From: a virus
DNA: 64,000 nt
IMG/VR virus record: IMGVR_UViG_3300017728_002360
Reading direction: 5' to 3' (one strand)
Shown here: positions 63,801-64,000 of the stretch, one piece after another
Numbering within the stretch: position 1 is the stretch's first letter
How the letters are laid out: each line of letters opens with the position of its first letter
The notes under the pieces: model-generated
Seen by the model: the letters and a program-made list of their open reading frames with translations, nothing else
Told to the model about the DNA's origin: nothing
The model's database searches: none
Translations under genes and position numbers: made by a program

Positions 63801-64000
63801 ATTGAAGAAGGTAAAGGTGTTGGCCAGTATGGAATTATAGATGAATATTTCCCTGGTACTAAAAGATTAAATGTTATTAGAGCGTCAGATGGAAAACGTG
63901 GTTGGGACCATGTTGTTCCGGGTTGGCCAATTGAAACAAGTTTAGACGGTTCAACAACTTATAGAATTGAACCAAGAATTATAGCTGAAGATCCAACTTA
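60858..64000 (+). CDS. large tail fibre/adhesin with carbohydrate-binding-like repeats and a pectin-lyase-like beta-helix; runs off the window, not in the ORF track
   Basis: Manual translation from the ATG at 60858: MAQFNLARIRYNWK..., repeated W....Y..(G/D)D(I/V)V.YGG..Y.C...H.S units (CBM5/12-like), then VYYVATNGKDD..G.T...PFASVKYA...IVGDELRST. Confidence 0.8.
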   Translation, partial: MAQFNLARIRYNWKNVWLPGATYIKDDIVREGGNVYICMVGHISDQTSFSTDLNAVPGKWLKNAEGYAWRGNWDVNTRFKVGDLFKYNGVVYRVLEEHVSDQLASNGISEDLGKLIGYAKTPNWRIDWTNSTLYKVDDVVKYGGFLYQCLAEHTSSTTVAGLEQDSDKWDIVSRSDDWKLDWTVSSRYKKDDIVRYGGLMYRCNTGHTSASTTILGLEQDLAKWDVIWEGIVYKGEWQSNLDSSGIRYRIGDIVKYGPTLWKCKTYHSSLTDFDEAKFDIWMPGLGYEAVWNNAAVYQPGDIVIYGGYTYVSMTNNTGSPPSVTGVFYEGESLQGLYDWELMITGYQMQGEWDSGANYKTGDVVRNKGFVYIAVQDSTNQQPDALDPEFRGYYDPGSTRSTEGGISMYWQLLITGTYYRGEWFAAQAYVLGDIVVHKSTSYKCIQAHAGDDSTLVTPDQDTTNSYWITLAQGNPNNVTQYRGDLRTHDGTNHDKLSIGSPGQALKVVSGVPAWERLGEVNKVYYVATNGKDDTGFGLTISAPFASVKYATQYILQDEANRAPATIFVATGLYEEITPIQVPAGVAIVGDELRSTTIQPQVGYETNDMFRVRNGCGIRNMTLQGMSGVLGSVDNYGAQVPNTGAYVALDPGSGPADTSVWITNKSTYVQNVTTIGTACIGMKVDGALHNGGNKSIVANDFTQVISDGIGMWCNADGKSELVSVFTYFAHIGYYCTAGGKIRATNGNNSYGKYGSFAEGEFSGETPITATLNNKYYDAEAPVVYNNANQIFGLGFTHAGEHYDDATFTITGSGSGVDVDNDFIEQRNASISQIRMMDPGDSSLPGGRGHVTGVRNSGQGGSNLDITIANSDAETSAAKYVGRAILTVNNVSGADATRVGNPLDAPYTYTNVPGTSNNPFANVSLMRFTIVVDSGGTCTVTATNGGDSFRVGDIITVADLDIGNFGGVPLTFDVATISKSMQIFIEEGKGVGQYGIIDEYFPGTKRLNVIRASDGKRGWDHVVPGWPIETSLDGSTTYRIEPRIIAEDPT

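Noticed and set aside
1-64000. CRISPR array, tRNA/tmRNA, DGR/retron, or stop-codon recoding
   Set aside because: No regularly spaced repeat-spacer array, cloverleaf or reverse transcriptase was seen by eye. Genes are intact and densely packed in the standard code, with TAA, TAG and TGA all used as stops.

Overview
This AT-rich window is the virion-morphogenesis region of a large T4-superfamily myovirus. The major capsid protein, very large baseplate genes and gp55/gp47/gp46 look like the jumbo RaK2/GAP32-type lineage, probably an aquatic phage; this placement is by recognition, not by search. Positions 1-32.7 kb are a minus-strand late block: baseplate genes (gp54-, gp53-, hub-, gp5-, gp25- and gp6-like), a 4906-aa giant, three paralogous fibre genes, then a glycosyltransferase-like gene and kdsA. 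Positions 32.8-37.1 kb carry gp55, gp47, gp46 and a minimal GIY-YIG nuclease. Positions 37.9-64 kb carry internal/head proteins, a gp26-like chaperone, an amidinotransferase/hydroxylase insert, tape measure, portal, protease, scaffold, capsid and fibre genes. The most interesting signals are RNA-level: (1) a ~430-nt densely structured non-coding region directly behind the GIY-YIG gene, a candidate ribonucleoprotein nuclease system; (2) a -1 frameshift signal (T TTT TTC plus pseudoknot) fusing the gp26-like chaperone to an unannotated downstream ORF; (3) a glnA-type glutamine riboswitch on a small basic ORF after the capsid gene; (4) a sigma70-driven ~216-nt manA-like ncRNA; (5) two structured 5' leaders. 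There are also leaderless late transcripts and a fixed-distance upstream box at three late promoters. All folds were read by eye and no database searches were run.
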